DNA of 64,000 nt from the NCBI GenBank assembly GCA_038883655.1, contig JAVZLQ010000003.1:183099-247098 (forward strand), read 5' to 3'. The position numbers and the translations under genes are program-made. The stretch comes from Candidatus Bathyarchaeia archaeon. GTDB lineage: Archaea; Thermoproteota; Bathyarchaeia; Bathyarchaeales; Bathycorpusculaceae. The notes under the pieces were generated by a model, which was not told the DNA's origin, did no database searches, and saw nothing but the letters and a program-made list of their open reading frames with translations. Below are positions 1-8,783 of this stretch, one piece after another; within the stretch, counting starts at the first letter, position 1; every line of letters begins with the position of its first letter.

Positions 1-1
1 A

Positions 2-2032
2 GCGTTAGGAAACGTTGACAACGAAACAGGTGTAGAAATCGTAGCAGCCGGGTACGGAAAATTCCTAAACTTCATTGAACAAGGATTACTAGTTGTTTTA
101 ATCTGGAATGGAACATCGATGGAAAGGAAGACTGGTTGGTACTGGCCTTTTGAGGCTAATGAAACAAAGTTTTTTGATGTGACAATAGGCGACGTGGACA
201 GAGACAACACGACAGAGATAATTGCCGTGGGCTACAGGAACACCACGTCACTTTATGGAACAGGATTTCATGGAGCAATAACAATATGGAATATTACCGA
301 CGCAAAATTGACGCTTGAAACAAGCCAAGAGTGGCTCATTGGTGGAGGCACAGAAGGGCATTCGGTGGCGGTTGACGATGTAGACGAGGACGGAGATATT
401 GAAATAATTGTTACAGGATACTTCTATGATGACATACTTGGGCATGATTGCGCGATGCTCAGAATATGTACTTGGAATGGTTCAATTTTTATTTGGGAGG
501 CAAGCACCAAATGGTACACGTATTTAGAGACTTACTCGGTTGACGTCGCAATAGGAGATCTAGATTCTGATGGAAGGAAGGAAATTGTTACAATTGGAAG
601 ACAATTTAACGGAGAAAACTACTATGCGCAACTAAGAATATGGTCGTGGGATGGAACTCTCCTAACATTGAAGTTGAGCGTGGAGGGCGGTCTGGTAGGA
701 CCTTTTACGAGTACATCAGGCAAAGCAGTAGCAATACATGATGTAGATAAGGATGGCAAAAAAGAGATAATTGCCGGCTTGGATGTGGCAATACTTTTCG
801 GCTCCACGCCTATTATCACAATTTTCTCGTGGAACGGAAACACTTTGACCACAAAAGACGCAGCAAATTGGAGAGAAGCGTCAAACATCGAAGATGTCAC
901 TTGCGCCGATGTGGACGCTGATGGAAACATCGAAGTACTAACCGCTGGTTACAAATGGCAATTTATGGTTGTTACAGAAAAATCCGAATTAGCAATATGG
1001 AGTGTAAGTAAAGTTGCGAGTGCCCTAACCGTGAATGTAAGCCCGTCAAGCATTGTTATAGGCAGTCAAGTGACAATAAGTGGCAGATTAACAAACGAGG
1101 CGGGTGACACGCCAATACCAAACGCTGAAGTAACAATAGAATTTTCACGTGAACCCCTACCAGTTCTAGTAACGATAGGCAAAGTTATAACAAATGAAAA
1201 TGGAGAATACACGTTCACTTGGATTCCACAAGCAGCTGGAAACTACATGATCCGCGTAAGCTGGAAAGGCGACTACGAACATGAGGCTGCAGCCGCAACA
1301 ACCCCATTGACCGTTGAAAAGGCTTCAAGTATGATAACCCTAACACTTTCAAGTTACACAGCAACAGTCGGGGACAGCATAAGCGTAAGTGGCACATTAT
1401 ATCCAGCCAAACCAGCGGCAATAACCCTCAAATACACAAAGCCAGACAGCTCAATAAGCACAAAAACTGTTTACTCAAACCAGGCGGGAGTTTTCACAGA
1501 CACGTTCACAGCAGATCAAGCTGGACAATGGCAAATAACAGCAAGCTGGAGCGGAGACGACACCTACAAGGCGGCAGAAAGCGCACCAGCACCATTAACA
1601 GTGATAAAAATACAAAGCACACTGTCTATAACAGCCTCACAGTTAACGGTTAACTTAGGCGAAAACATAACAATAAACGGAGCATTAACGCCGGGACAAG
1701 CTGCAAACATAACCTTAACATACACCATGCCAAATGGCACAATCACCACAAAAACTGTACCATCAAACACTACTGGAGCCTTCATAGATACGATTAGGCT
1801 TGATAAAGCGGGAACATGGCAAGTGAAGGCAAAATGGACAGGTGACGCCCAACATACTGCGGCTGAAAGCACACTAATAACGCTAACAGCCCAAGCCGTT
1901 GATACTACAACGCCCATGTTCGCTTTAGGCGGTTTAGGACTTGGAATAATAGCACTAATTTTGGCGGCGATAGCGCTCCTCATGTCTTCCAGAAAACCAA
2001 AAGCGGCGCCACCAACGCAGCCCTCGCAATAA
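2..2032 (+). CDS. Cell-surface protein (5'-partial): FG-GAP-type beta-propeller repeats, three Ig-like tandem domains, C-terminal TM anchor
   Basis: Frame 2 is open from the window edge, and the upstream residues ALGNVDNETGVEIVAAGY form another blade. Repeated Ca-binding-like blades: IGDVDRDNTTEIIAVGY, VDDVDEDGDIEIIVTGY, IGDLDSDGRKEIVTIG, HDVDKDGKKEIIAG, ADVDADGNIEVLTAGY. Three ~95-aa Ig-like repeats follow. The tail is TTTPMFALGGLGLGIIALILAAIALLMSSRKPK. Confidence 0.7.
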   Translation, partial: ALGNVDNETGVEIVAAGYGKFLNFIEQGLLVVLIWNGTSMERKTGWYWPFEANETKFFDVTIGDVDRDNTTEIIAVGYRNTTSLYGTGFHGAITIWNITDAKLTLETSQEWLIGGGTEGHSVAVDDVDEDGDIEIIVTGYFYDDILGHDCAMLRICTWNGSIFIWEASTKWYTYLETYSVDVAIGDLDSDGRKEIVTIGRQFNGENYYAQLRIWSWDGTLLTLKLSVEGGLVGPFTSTSGKAVAIHDVDKDGKKEIIAGLDVAILFGSTPIITIFSWNGNTLTTKDAANWREASNIEDVTCADVDADGNIEVLTAGYKWQFMVVTEKSELAIWSVSKVASALTVNVSPSSIVIGSQVTISGRLTNEAGDTPIPNAEVTIEFSREPLPVLVTIGKVITNENGEYTFTWIPQAAGNYMIRVSWKGDYEHEAAAATTPLTVEKASSMITLTLSSYTATVGDSISVSGTLYPAKPAAITLKYTKPDSSISTKTVYSNQAGVFTDTFTADQAGQWQITASWSGDDTYKAAESAPAPLTVIKIQSTLSITASQLTVNLGENITINGALTPGQAANITLTYTMPNGTITTKTVPSNTTGAFIDTIRLDKAGTWQVKAKWTGDAQHTAAESTLITLTAQAVDTTTPMFALGGLGLGIIALILAAIALLMSSRKPKAAPPTQPSQ
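1022..1888 (+). repeat. Three tandem ~95-aa Ig-like coding repeats inside the surface protein
   Basis: The repeat units all end in a W-x-G-D-x-x-(Y/H)-x-A-A-x-(S/T) pattern followed by PLTV/ITLT: SWKGDYEHEAAAATTPLTV, SWSGDDTYKAAESAPAPLTV, KWTGDAQHTAAESTLITLT. Each starts with a T/S-rich strand plus G-x-x-(V/I)-(T/S)-(I/V)-(S/N)-G. Confidence 0.7.
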
Positions 2033-2070
2033 TAACAAAAGCTGAAAATTCAACTTTTCCCTTTTTCTGT

Positions 2071-3330
2071 TTAACCTACAAGTTTAGTAATGGCATCCGC
2101 CTTTTTCCTATCTTCTGCCAGATACTCAATCATTTCAGCATCCAAATCAAGCCATTTTGTAAGCCCAGCAGCCATGTTAACATTATTCTTGAATATTATC
2201 TTGAGGTAGGGAATTATCTCCTTTGATGCCCTATTTGCGGATATGTGGCATTTCCGCTTAATCTTTTGCCCAATGCTTAGTTGCATCGCACGCTCAGCTT
2301 TGGACCTAGACAACATCTGTATGCGCGTTGGGAATTTGAATGGAATGAATCCACGAGTCTTCGTGTTTTGTCTAGCCATCGCGACACCAGCGGTCATGAA
2401 ATCGATAACATAACGTGTGAAACTCCAATCTTGTGTGGAGCGTATTCTCCCCCTATAAACGTCCGCCATGGAAAGCGCGTCCATAGCCCTTGCCAAATCA
2501 TGAGGGTCGGTTAAGTGTGCTGGAACATTCTCATAAATCCATTCAAAAAGCATATCGATGTCAGCATCAGCCATGTCAACCGCTTGCTTTGCACCACTAC
2601 AAGTGCGCGCATAAATTATCATCCTTAAAACGTTAAAAATAGTGTCTTGCCTATCCCTATAACCAAGCCAAGAAACATCATTATATGTCAGTCTCTTCTT
2701 ACCTTGAGCCAATGCTTGAAGGTCATTAACCGCCGAGCGAACATCACCTTCTGAACGCTGCGCAATAAACTTTAAAGCATCATCGTCAGCTTGTATTCCC
2801 TCGCGGATGCATATACGCTTCAAATGCTTCATGACTTCGCTTGCTGGAGGCTTCTTAAACTCTATTAGTAGGCAGTAGTTGCGGAGATTGGCAAACCTCG
2901 GGTCATAAGCGTTGTTTGCAATCAAAACTATTGGACATTGGGCAGTTTTAACAATGTCTGTTATGGCTTTAACTCCGCCCTTGTCGGCTGTTCCCGTGAT
3001 CCCGTCAAGCTCATCTAAAAGTATAATTCTTTTGCCGCCGAAAAGCGAACCGTACTGCGAAGCTAAACCAGCAAAACGATTAATCGCCTCTTCAGTCCTA
3101 TAGTCGCTTGCGTTTTTCTCAACAAGCTCCATCTTAAAATCAGCGGCAAGAGCCTCAACAGTAACGGTTTTTCCAACACCAGGAGGACCAAAAATGAAGA
3201 CTGCACGCTTTTTGGGTGCACCTTTCTCCCATGATTTTATCCATTCAACAAACGCTTGAATAGCTTCTTTATTTCCAACGATTTCATCTAGGGATTTTGG
3301 CTTGTGCTTAACGGTCCAAGCAGCGTACAA
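2071..3330 (-). CDS. rfcL: Replication factor C large subunit
   Basis: N-terminus WTVKHKPKSLDEIVG, Walker A GPPGVGKT and LLDELDG box. Length 419 aa. Sits directly downstream of rfcS on the same strand. Confidence 0.9.
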   Translation of the reverse strand: MYAAWTVKHKPKSLDEIVGNKEAIQAFVEWIKSWEKGAPKKRAVFIFGPPGVGKTVTVEALAADFKMELVEKNASDYRTEEAINRFAGLASQYGSLFGGKRIILLDELDGITGTADKGGVKAITDIVKTAQCPIVLIANNAYDPRFANLRNYCLLIEFKKPPASEVMKHLKRICIREGIQADDDALKFIAQRSEGDVRSAVNDLQALAQGKKRLTYNDVSWLGYRDRQDTIFNVLRMIIYARTCSGAKQAVDMADADIDMLFEWIYENVPAHLTDPHDLARAMDALSMADVYRGRIRSTQDWSFTRYVIDFMTAGVAMARQNTKTRGFIPFKFPTRIQMLSRSKAERAMQLSIGQKIKRKCHISANRASKEIIPYLKIIFKNNVNMAAGLTKWLDLDAEMIEYLAEDRKKADAITKLVG

Positions 3331-3341
3331 GCGCTTTGCAC

Positions 3342-4322
3342 CTAACTTGCTTTTTTAATTTCGTAACCTGCTTCCACAAGCCTCGCCAACAAAGCACTTA
3401 GCTGGACCTCTTCATCTGCGCCCTCAACAAGCCTATAATCTATATCACCAACGATGTCAGCCAACTTTATTTTCCAAGGTTCTGGAATATCTGCTCTAAA
3501 AATTTCAGTGTGAATTTGCCTAATTATGTCGCTTCCAGCCACACCATACTTTTGAATCATGTCGCGCAGTTGTTTCCTAGCTTCTAAAAAGTCGCCATTA
3601 ATCGCTGTTTCTATCATTTTTTGCACGTCTGCTGGGTGAGCCCTACCAGCAATGGAATAAACAACCTTCGCGTCTACGGGCTTATTAAGCGAGGCGGCCG
3701 CTTGAAGCGTGTTGATAGCCTTTCGCAAATCTCCACCACAAACCTCAAAAATCGCGTCCAACCCATCCTTCAAGAGTTTGACGCCCTCATTTTCCGCTAT
3801 ATGTTTAAGGTATTTGTCATGCTCTTCCCTTGGCAGAAATGTGAAACGGAATGGGGCGCAACGTGACTGTATTGGTTCGATTATTTTTCCGCTGTAGTTG
3901 GCGCATAAAATGAAACGGCATGTTTCAGTGTACCGCTCCATAGTTCGCCTCAAGGCTTGTTGTGCATCAGCAGTCATGTTGTCCGCTTCATCCAAAATCA
4001 TAAGTTTAAATGGTATCTCGCCGATAGATCGCACACGAGCAAACGTTTTAACTGTTTCCCTAACAACGTCTATGCCCCTCTCGTCACTCGCGTTTAATTC
4101 CATGATGTGTTCACGATAGGCTTCGCCATACAAGTCCCTAGCCAAACAAAGCGCAGCAGTCGTCTTTCCAGTACCAGGCGGTCCAGCGAAGATGCAGTGC
4201 GGCACATTTTTGGATTTAACGAAGCTTTTTAACCGCTCAACTATCTCCTTTTGATTAACCATCTCATCCAACGTTTTTGGTCTGTACTTCTCAGCCCACA
4301 TTTCAAAACTCAAAGTTTCCAC
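3342..4322 (-). CDS. rfcS: Replication factor C small subunit
   Basis: WAEKYRPKTLDEMV, GPPGTGKT, LDEADNMT and the SRC motif (QSRCAPFRF). 326 aa. Confidence 0.95.
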   Translation of the reverse strand: METLSFEMWAEKYRPKTLDEMVNQKEIVERLKSFVKSKNVPHCIFAGPPGTGKTTAALCLARDLYGEAYREHIMELNASDERGIDVVRETVKTFARVRSIGEIPFKLMILDEADNMTADAQQALRRTMERYTETCRFILCANYSGKIIEPIQSRCAPFRFTFLPREEHDKYLKHIAENEGVKLLKDGLDAIFEVCGGDLRKAINTLQAAASLNKPVDAKVVYSIAGRAHPADVQKMIETAINGDFLEARKQLRDMIQKYGVAGSDIIRQIHTEIFRADIPEPWKIKLADIVGDIDYRLVEGADEEVQLSALLARLVEAGYEIKKAS

Positions 4323-4376
4323 TCCTCTCCAAACATATTTGACGGAATTGTTAATAAATTTATCAAAAAGGCGCGG

Positions 4377-4756
4377 TTACGTGGATACCACGATTTTGTC
4401 GACGATTAGCGAAGGACACACTATATTACCAAATGTTTTCGGGTCGCCTCCAACAGTAATAACATTATTCAAAGCTTCATATAAGTTTCCAGCAACAGTG
4501 CATGGCTTAATCGGATAGGCAACTTTCCATTTTCTATTTTGAACGCATTGTCAGCGGTTACTGAAAAATCACCAGTTACAGCATTTGAGTGAAAAGCGCC
4601 AATAAGTGAACCTTTTACCAACACGCCATCTTTCAGTTCGCCTATCAAGTCTTCTCCTTTTGCCTCGGCAAAATATGCACCCATTTTTAAAGCATATTGC
4701 ATCGCTTTATCCATTAAGTCTTCTATCTGCGAACCCATGGCGGTCAACTTAAGCAC
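4377..4756 (-). pseudogene. TldD/PmbA-family metalloprotease remnant (large internal deletion plus frameshift)
   Basis: The 95-aa ORF joins a PmbA-like N-terminus (DLMDKAMQYALKMGAYFAEAKGED) directly to the family C-terminus (NAVTGDFSVTADNAFKIENGK). After a 1-nt frame break near 4517 the conserved end continues in another frame (YPIKPCTVAGNLYEALNNVITVGGDPKTFGNIVCPSLIVDKIVVST, stop at 4377-4379). Total is ~125 aa against the ~440 aa I recall for intact members. Confidence 0.55.
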
Positions 4757-4815
4757 TAAATATTTTGTACATGGATTTAAAGCTTAATAAAAGTAAGGGT
4801 TTTCACTTTTTGAAT

Positions 4816-6756
4816 TTATTTTTCTTCCTTTTCAAGAAAGCCCGTCAAGAATATGGCGTATTCGCATGGATGCTCATTTTGAAGCAGAGATTTTATTATT
4901 TTTATTTTCCCTTTTTTGCCGTGACTAACCCTGGAAATAATGTATTCTAGTGTTTTCTTTCGAAGCCCGCATAGCCATGTTTTCTGGCTGGTTTTGACCA
5001 GTTTGTAGTAGGGACAGCTTTTATATTTTAGGGTAAAGCCGCCTTCAAAATATTCTATTTCAACCTCTATACCAAGTTCGCGGTACATATCAATGATTCT
5101 TTCACCAACATCTTTGATGGTCCACGGGTAGTCTTCTGGAAAAAGTGCATCCAACTGCTCTTTTTCAATGGCGAAAGCTTCTTCGATTGAGTTGCATGAC
5201 ATGCCTTCAATGAGTACTTGCATGAGCTTCTTACGAGGTAATGGCTCCAGAACTGGTTTTTCTAAAAGCTTCAGTTTAAAGCTTAGTAGGTTCTGGAATG
5301 TTGCTGTTGAAACTTCGTAGCCTAATTCCTTAAACATGGATTCTATTAGGATGCGTTGGCTGTTCATTACGAGGGGGTCTATCCGCTTAAAAATGATGGT
5401 GAAATGCTCGTCGTCAACAAACCTTACTTCAGCGTCGGACTGCGTCACACTAATGCTTTTGATGATAAAGTTTTTGGAAAGTCTACCAATTTTTTCCTGA
5501 TCTCCCCTGGCAAGCATGCGGATGGCGTTAGAGATGCGAATTCCTGTTGCGCGATATATTTCTTCAAATTTCTGTCTATCGCTTTCGTATACTTTTGCTG
5601 CGAAGGAGTTGAAGAGATCGCGGGGGATTGGAACAACGTCTAGGAATTGTTTTCCTATTATTTGAAAGAGGTTGAGTTCGGCTAGCTGGTCTAAAACACT
5701 TTGGTCTTCCGCACCCACATATTTTATTGTCATGTTCACGTTTGCATGTTCAATTGAATATTGTAAAAGTTTCCACCCACGTGTTGCCAAAATTATTGAA
5801 AATACGGTTACGGCTAGGCGGGCTATCTGGACGGTTGTGACTTGAAAAACTAGTTCTAGCATGTTTTCTTCTTTTTCTGTTAAAACTTTGACTTGCCTAA
5901 ACCAGTTCATTTTTATAAAGGCTGAAAGGATAGCTTTCACGAAGTCTTTTGGCTCTCTTGGAAATTCGCTGATGCCAAGAACAGTTCTAGCATCCTCTAT
6001 GAAGTTACCCAAGTCTGTTACTGGTTCTTCCAAATGTTTCTCAGCCCAGCTCATAAAGGCTGGTCCAACAAGCATCAGCGTGTTTTTAAATAACCCAGGA
6101 GTAACGTTTGCCAGTTCTTTTTCAATCTGCTGTTCTAGAAAATCGCCGAATTCTTTTCTCCTTAATGTGTAAATTTCGGGGCGAATCATCTTTATGACTA
6201 TGTCCTCGCCCATGATTCGTAAGTCAAAATTTACGCCTATGCCCTCCAATATCGTAGCAACTTGAAAGGCAACCATTACGGGTAAACGTTTGAAGACCTT
6301 AGGTCTTAGCACTGCTATGCTGTCGATTTCACTGTATGATGGAATGTCAAAAAGGTTTGTAAGCCCTTTTATCTCTTCTATGACCAGTAGAAACTCTTTA
6401 AAGGTCGATGGCACTTTCCATGCAACGGAACTTTTAAGTATCTCAATTATGTTCTTTGCCTCTGCTTTTTGTTCCCTAATTAGGTCTTCAATTGTTTTGT
6501 TTCCTAGGGCAACTTCTAGGAGGCTGTCAAGGCTCTTCCTACTAATTGATGTTAAGTCAAGCGCCTCTCTCAGTTTAGTTTGCTCATTAATTTTTGCTTT
6601 TATTGTGCAGTCTTCGCAAGAGCCAACTTTATCCACCCTAAGCAGAGTCTCTACAGCTTTCTCGAGAACGCGGCTTTTCGTGCCGTATGTTTTTGCTAGT
6701 TCTTCAAGCATCTCGTTTGTTTTTCTGGTTATTGTTGTGTGAAGATGCACGGACAT
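4816..6756 (-). CDS. Large orphan protein: ribbon-helix-helix-like N-terminus, V4R-like Cys-motif C-terminus (putative ligand-sensing regulator)
   Basis: A long uninterrupted ORF with an ATG start and a TTTAAAA box ~33 nt upstream. The N-terminus HLHTTITRKTNEMLEELAKTYGTKSRVLEKAVETLL fits the strand-helix-helix pattern of CopG/Arc/MetJ. The C-terminus KSCPYYKLV..WLCGLRKKTLEYI..NEHPCEYAIFL resembles the V4R pattern C-P-x-C...C-x-x-x-G...C-E-F. The middle ~500 aa is unrecognised. The CDS is solid but the function call is weak. Confidence 0.5.
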   Translation of the reverse strand: MSVHLHTTITRKTNEMLEELAKTYGTKSRVLEKAVETLLRVDKVGSCEDCTIKAKINEQTKLREALDLTSISRKSLDSLLEVALGNKTIEDLIREQKAEAKNIIEILKSSVAWKVPSTFKEFLLVIEEIKGLTNLFDIPSYSEIDSIAVLRPKVFKRLPVMVAFQVATILEGIGVNFDLRIMGEDIVIKMIRPEIYTLRRKEFGDFLEQQIEKELANVTPGLFKNTLMLVGPAFMSWAEKHLEEPVTDLGNFIEDARTVLGISEFPREPKDFVKAILSAFIKMNWFRQVKVLTEKEENMLELVFQVTTVQIARLAVTVFSIILATRGWKLLQYSIEHANVNMTIKYVGAEDQSVLDQLAELNLFQIIGKQFLDVVPIPRDLFNSFAAKVYESDRQKFEEIYRATGIRISNAIRMLARGDQEKIGRLSKNFIIKSISVTQSDAEVRFVDDEHFTIIFKRIDPLVMNSQRILIESMFKELGYEVSTATFQNLLSFKLKLLEKPVLEPLPRKKLMQVLIEGMSCNSIEEAFAIEKEQLDALFPEDYPWTIKDVGERIIDMYRELGIEVEIEYFEGGFTLKYKSCPYYKLVKTSQKTWLCGLRKKTLEYIISRVSHGKKGKIKIIKSLLQNEHPCEYAIFLTGFLEKEEK

Positions 6757-6797
6757 GACGCTTCACAGGTTATCTTTTGGGTTGGTTGCTTTTAAAC

Positions 6798-6853
6798 ATG
6801 TTCATAAAATGTATTAAATGTACATAAAGAAAGGGGGATGTTGACTTGTCAAC
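6798..6853. promoter_or_regulatory. ATGTNCAT-type motif array plus GTTGAC-TT-GTCAAC palindrome, upstream of the 646-aa gene and at the 3' end of the long GDH
   Basis: ATGTTCAT 6798-6805, ATGTATT 6809-6815, ATGTACAT 6818-6825, ATGTTGAC 6838-6845. Perfect 6+6 palindrome at 6840-6853. Start-to-start spacings are 11, 9 and 20 nt. The array abuts the TTTAAA box of the minus-strand gene. Confidence 0.35.
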
Positions 6854-8627
6854 GTGGCTTTAATGGTGGTACAATAGGGCTGAACGTTGCGCCCTTTCTG
6901 GCTACAAGCGCGTCTGCCACTCTTTTTACGGCCAACATGTAGGCTGCTGTGCGCATGTTCACATTGTACTGTTTTGAGATGTTGAGCACGTCGTAGAAAG
7001 CTTTGGTTATTGTTTCCTTCAGCTTATTCCTAACCTCTTCTTCAGTCCAGTAATAGTTCATTTGGTTTTGCACTTGTTCAAAGTAGCTAACGATTACTCC
7101 ACCGGAGTTGGCGAGAATATCTGGGATTACGAAAACGCCCTTTTTGAACAAAATTTCATCCGCCTCTGGAGTTGTCGGTCCATTAGCTCCTTCTGCAACG
7201 ATTTTAGCTTTTATGTTCGCCGCGTTTTCCTTTGTTATTTGGTTTTCTAATGCCGCTGGAACTAGGATGTCGCATTCCAATTCTAGCAATTGCTCATTTG
7301 TTATAAATGTACTGCCAGGATAGTCAACTACAGAACCAGTTTTCTCCTTGTGAATCAAAACTTTTTCTGGGTCTAAGCCTTCTGGGTTATAAGCGCCACC
7401 TTTTGAGTCTGAAACTGCAATGATTTTGCATCCGATTTCATGTAGTAGGCGCGCCGCATGATAGCCTACATTCCCATAGCCTTGAACCGCAACTGTTGCA
7501 CCTTTGAGGTTTACTCCAAGATGTTTGGCCGCCTCGATGACAGTGTACATCAGCCCCCTTGATGTAGCCTCGCTTCTTCCACGAGAACCGCCCACGTGAA
7601 TGGGTTTTCCCGTTACCACACCGAAGACGGGATAGCCAACTATTTCGCTGTACTCGTCCATTATCCACGCCATCATTTCCGTAGTTGTGTACACGTCTGG
7701 CGCTGGCACATCTGTGAAAGGTCCTATGAACTTCGCTATAGCGCGCACATAGCCTCTTGTCAGGCGCTCAAGCTCAGCCTTTGACATCTCTTTTGGATTG
7801 CACCTAATCCCGCCCTTACCTCCTCCGAGAGGTAAACCCGTTACTGCTGTTTTCCATGTCATCCAAGCGGCTAGGGCTGTAACTTCGTCTAGAGTTAGGT
7901 CTGGATGATATCTTATGCCGCCCTTTGTTGGACCCAAAGCGTCATTGTATTGCACGCGGTATCCGGTGAAAACTTGGATGCTGCCGTCATCCATGACAAC
8001 TGGAATGTTAACGATAAGTGTTCGCATTGGACGCTTCAATATTTCGTGTATGCCTGGGTCTAGGTTCAGTTTTTCGGCAGCCACGTCTAGCTGTTTAAGG
8101 GCGGCTTCGTAAGGGTTTGGCGCGACTGCAATGGGCGCTAACGTATCTACTTTGACAAAAACAGCTGTTTGGAGTTTCTCAATTAGGTTCTTGAGGGTTT
8201 CCTTCGCTACTTCGCCGTTGCCTTCACTGTTTCCATAAAACCATAAGTACGTCTCAATAAGCGCATCCTCCTTCTTAGTAAGGAACGCGCCAGCAGGAGC
8301 CATTTTTGGACTCTCAGAGAAATAGTCAGTGAGAACACGTAACATGTTAAGTTCGTCGCGTGTTAGGGGCAAAAGCTTCTTTATAGGCTCTGGCGCCTTC
8401 ACGTGGACATACTCAGCGTCCATCAGCTTCTTTTGCAATTCTTCAAAGGTTTTTAGAGAATCTTCTATTGGTATGCCGAAGTTTTCAGAGTATGTTGTCA
8501 ACAAGGCATAGTGGGCTGTTGTGTAGCTTTCTATTTTCGCCGTTAACTCCGGTTTCTCGGCGAAGAAGTCCACCATTAGCTTAAGCATTCCTAATTCACG
8601 AGCCGAAAGTTCTACCGAGTTCAACAT
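6849..8627 (-). CDS. gdh: Glutamate dehydrogenase with a ~170-aa N-terminal tandem-repeat extension
   Basis: The core starts at NPYEAALKQLDVAAEKLNLDPG and carries GPTKGGIRYHP, LPLGGGKGGIRCNP and GATVAVQGYGNVG (Rossmann). The likely start is ATG 8627, preceded by GAGGTG. The ORF track starts at TTG 8654. Confidence 0.85.
   Translation of the reverse strand: MLNSVELSARELGMLKLMVDFFAEKPELTAKIESYTTAHYALLTTYSENFGIPIEDSLKTFEELQKKLMDAEYVHVKAPEPIKKLLPLTRDELNMLRVLTDYFSESPKMAPAGAFLTKKEDALIETYLWFYGNSEGNGEVAKETLKNLIEKLQTAVFVKVDTLAPIAVAPNPYEAALKQLDVAAEKLNLDPGIHEILKRPMRTLIVNIPVVMDDGSIQVFTGYRVQYNDALGPTKGGIRYHPDLTLDEVTALAAWMTWKTAVTGLPLGGGKGGIRCNPKEMSKAELERLTRGYVRAIAKFIGPFTDVPAPDVYTTTEMMAWIMDEYSEIVGYPVFGVVTGKPIHVGGSRGRSEATSRGLMYTVIEAAKHLGVNLKGATVAVQGYGNVGYHAARLLHEIGCKIIAVSDSKGGAYNPEGLDPEKVLIHKEKTGSVVDYPGSTFITNEQLLELECDILVPAALENQITKENAANIKAKIVAEGANGPTTPEADEILFKKGVFVIPDILANSGGVIVSYFEQVQNQMNYYWTEEEVRNKLKETITKAFYDVLNISKQYNVNMRTAAYMLAVKRVADALVARKGATFSPIVPPLKPR
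8121..8627 (-). repeat. Tandem duplicated ~85-aa domain encoded at the 5' end of the long GDH
   Basis: Unit 1 is ELSARELGMLKLMVDFFAEKPEL...LLTTYSENFG...SLKTFEELQKKLMDAEYVHVKAPEP. Unit 2 is PLTRDELNMLRVLTDYFSESPKM...LIETYLWFYG...AKETLKNLIEKLQTAVFVKVDTLAP. They are colinear over the whole length. Confidence 0.7.
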
Positions 8628-8659
8628 CTTTTTCACACCTCTGAAGACTAACAAAAGTG

Positions 8660-8707
8660 ATGTTCAACTATAGAAATATTATGTCCATCATGTACATATG
8701 TGTACAA
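8660..8707. promoter_or_regulatory. ATGTNCAT-type motif array in the divergent region between the long GDH and the KaiC-like gene
   Basis: ATGTTCAA 8660-8667, ATGTCCAT 8681-8688, ATGTACAT 8690-8697, ATGTGTACAA 8698-8707. TGTACA recurs at 8691-8696 and 8701-8706, 10 nt apart. Confidence 0.35.
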
Positions 8708-8783
8708 CACGATAAAAAACAAACCAAACCGCAACATAACGTTTTAATAATGCACACAAACTCTTACACACGGTGCACAACCA

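Noticed and set aside
4816-6756. RHH-like N-terminus considered as the antitoxin of a toxin-antitoxin pair.
   Set aside because: The protein is 646 aa long. There is no small adjacent toxin gene (PIN, RelE, ParE and similar) and no overlapping two-gene cassette.
6840-6853. Perfect palindrome GTTGAC-TT-GTCAAC over the long-GDH stop codon, considered as an intrinsic terminator hairpin.
   Set aside because: A 2-nt loop is sterically poor for a hairpin, and archaeal termination mainly uses oligo-T tracts. It is more plausibly a dimeric protein-binding site, so I kept it only as part of the motif-array observation.
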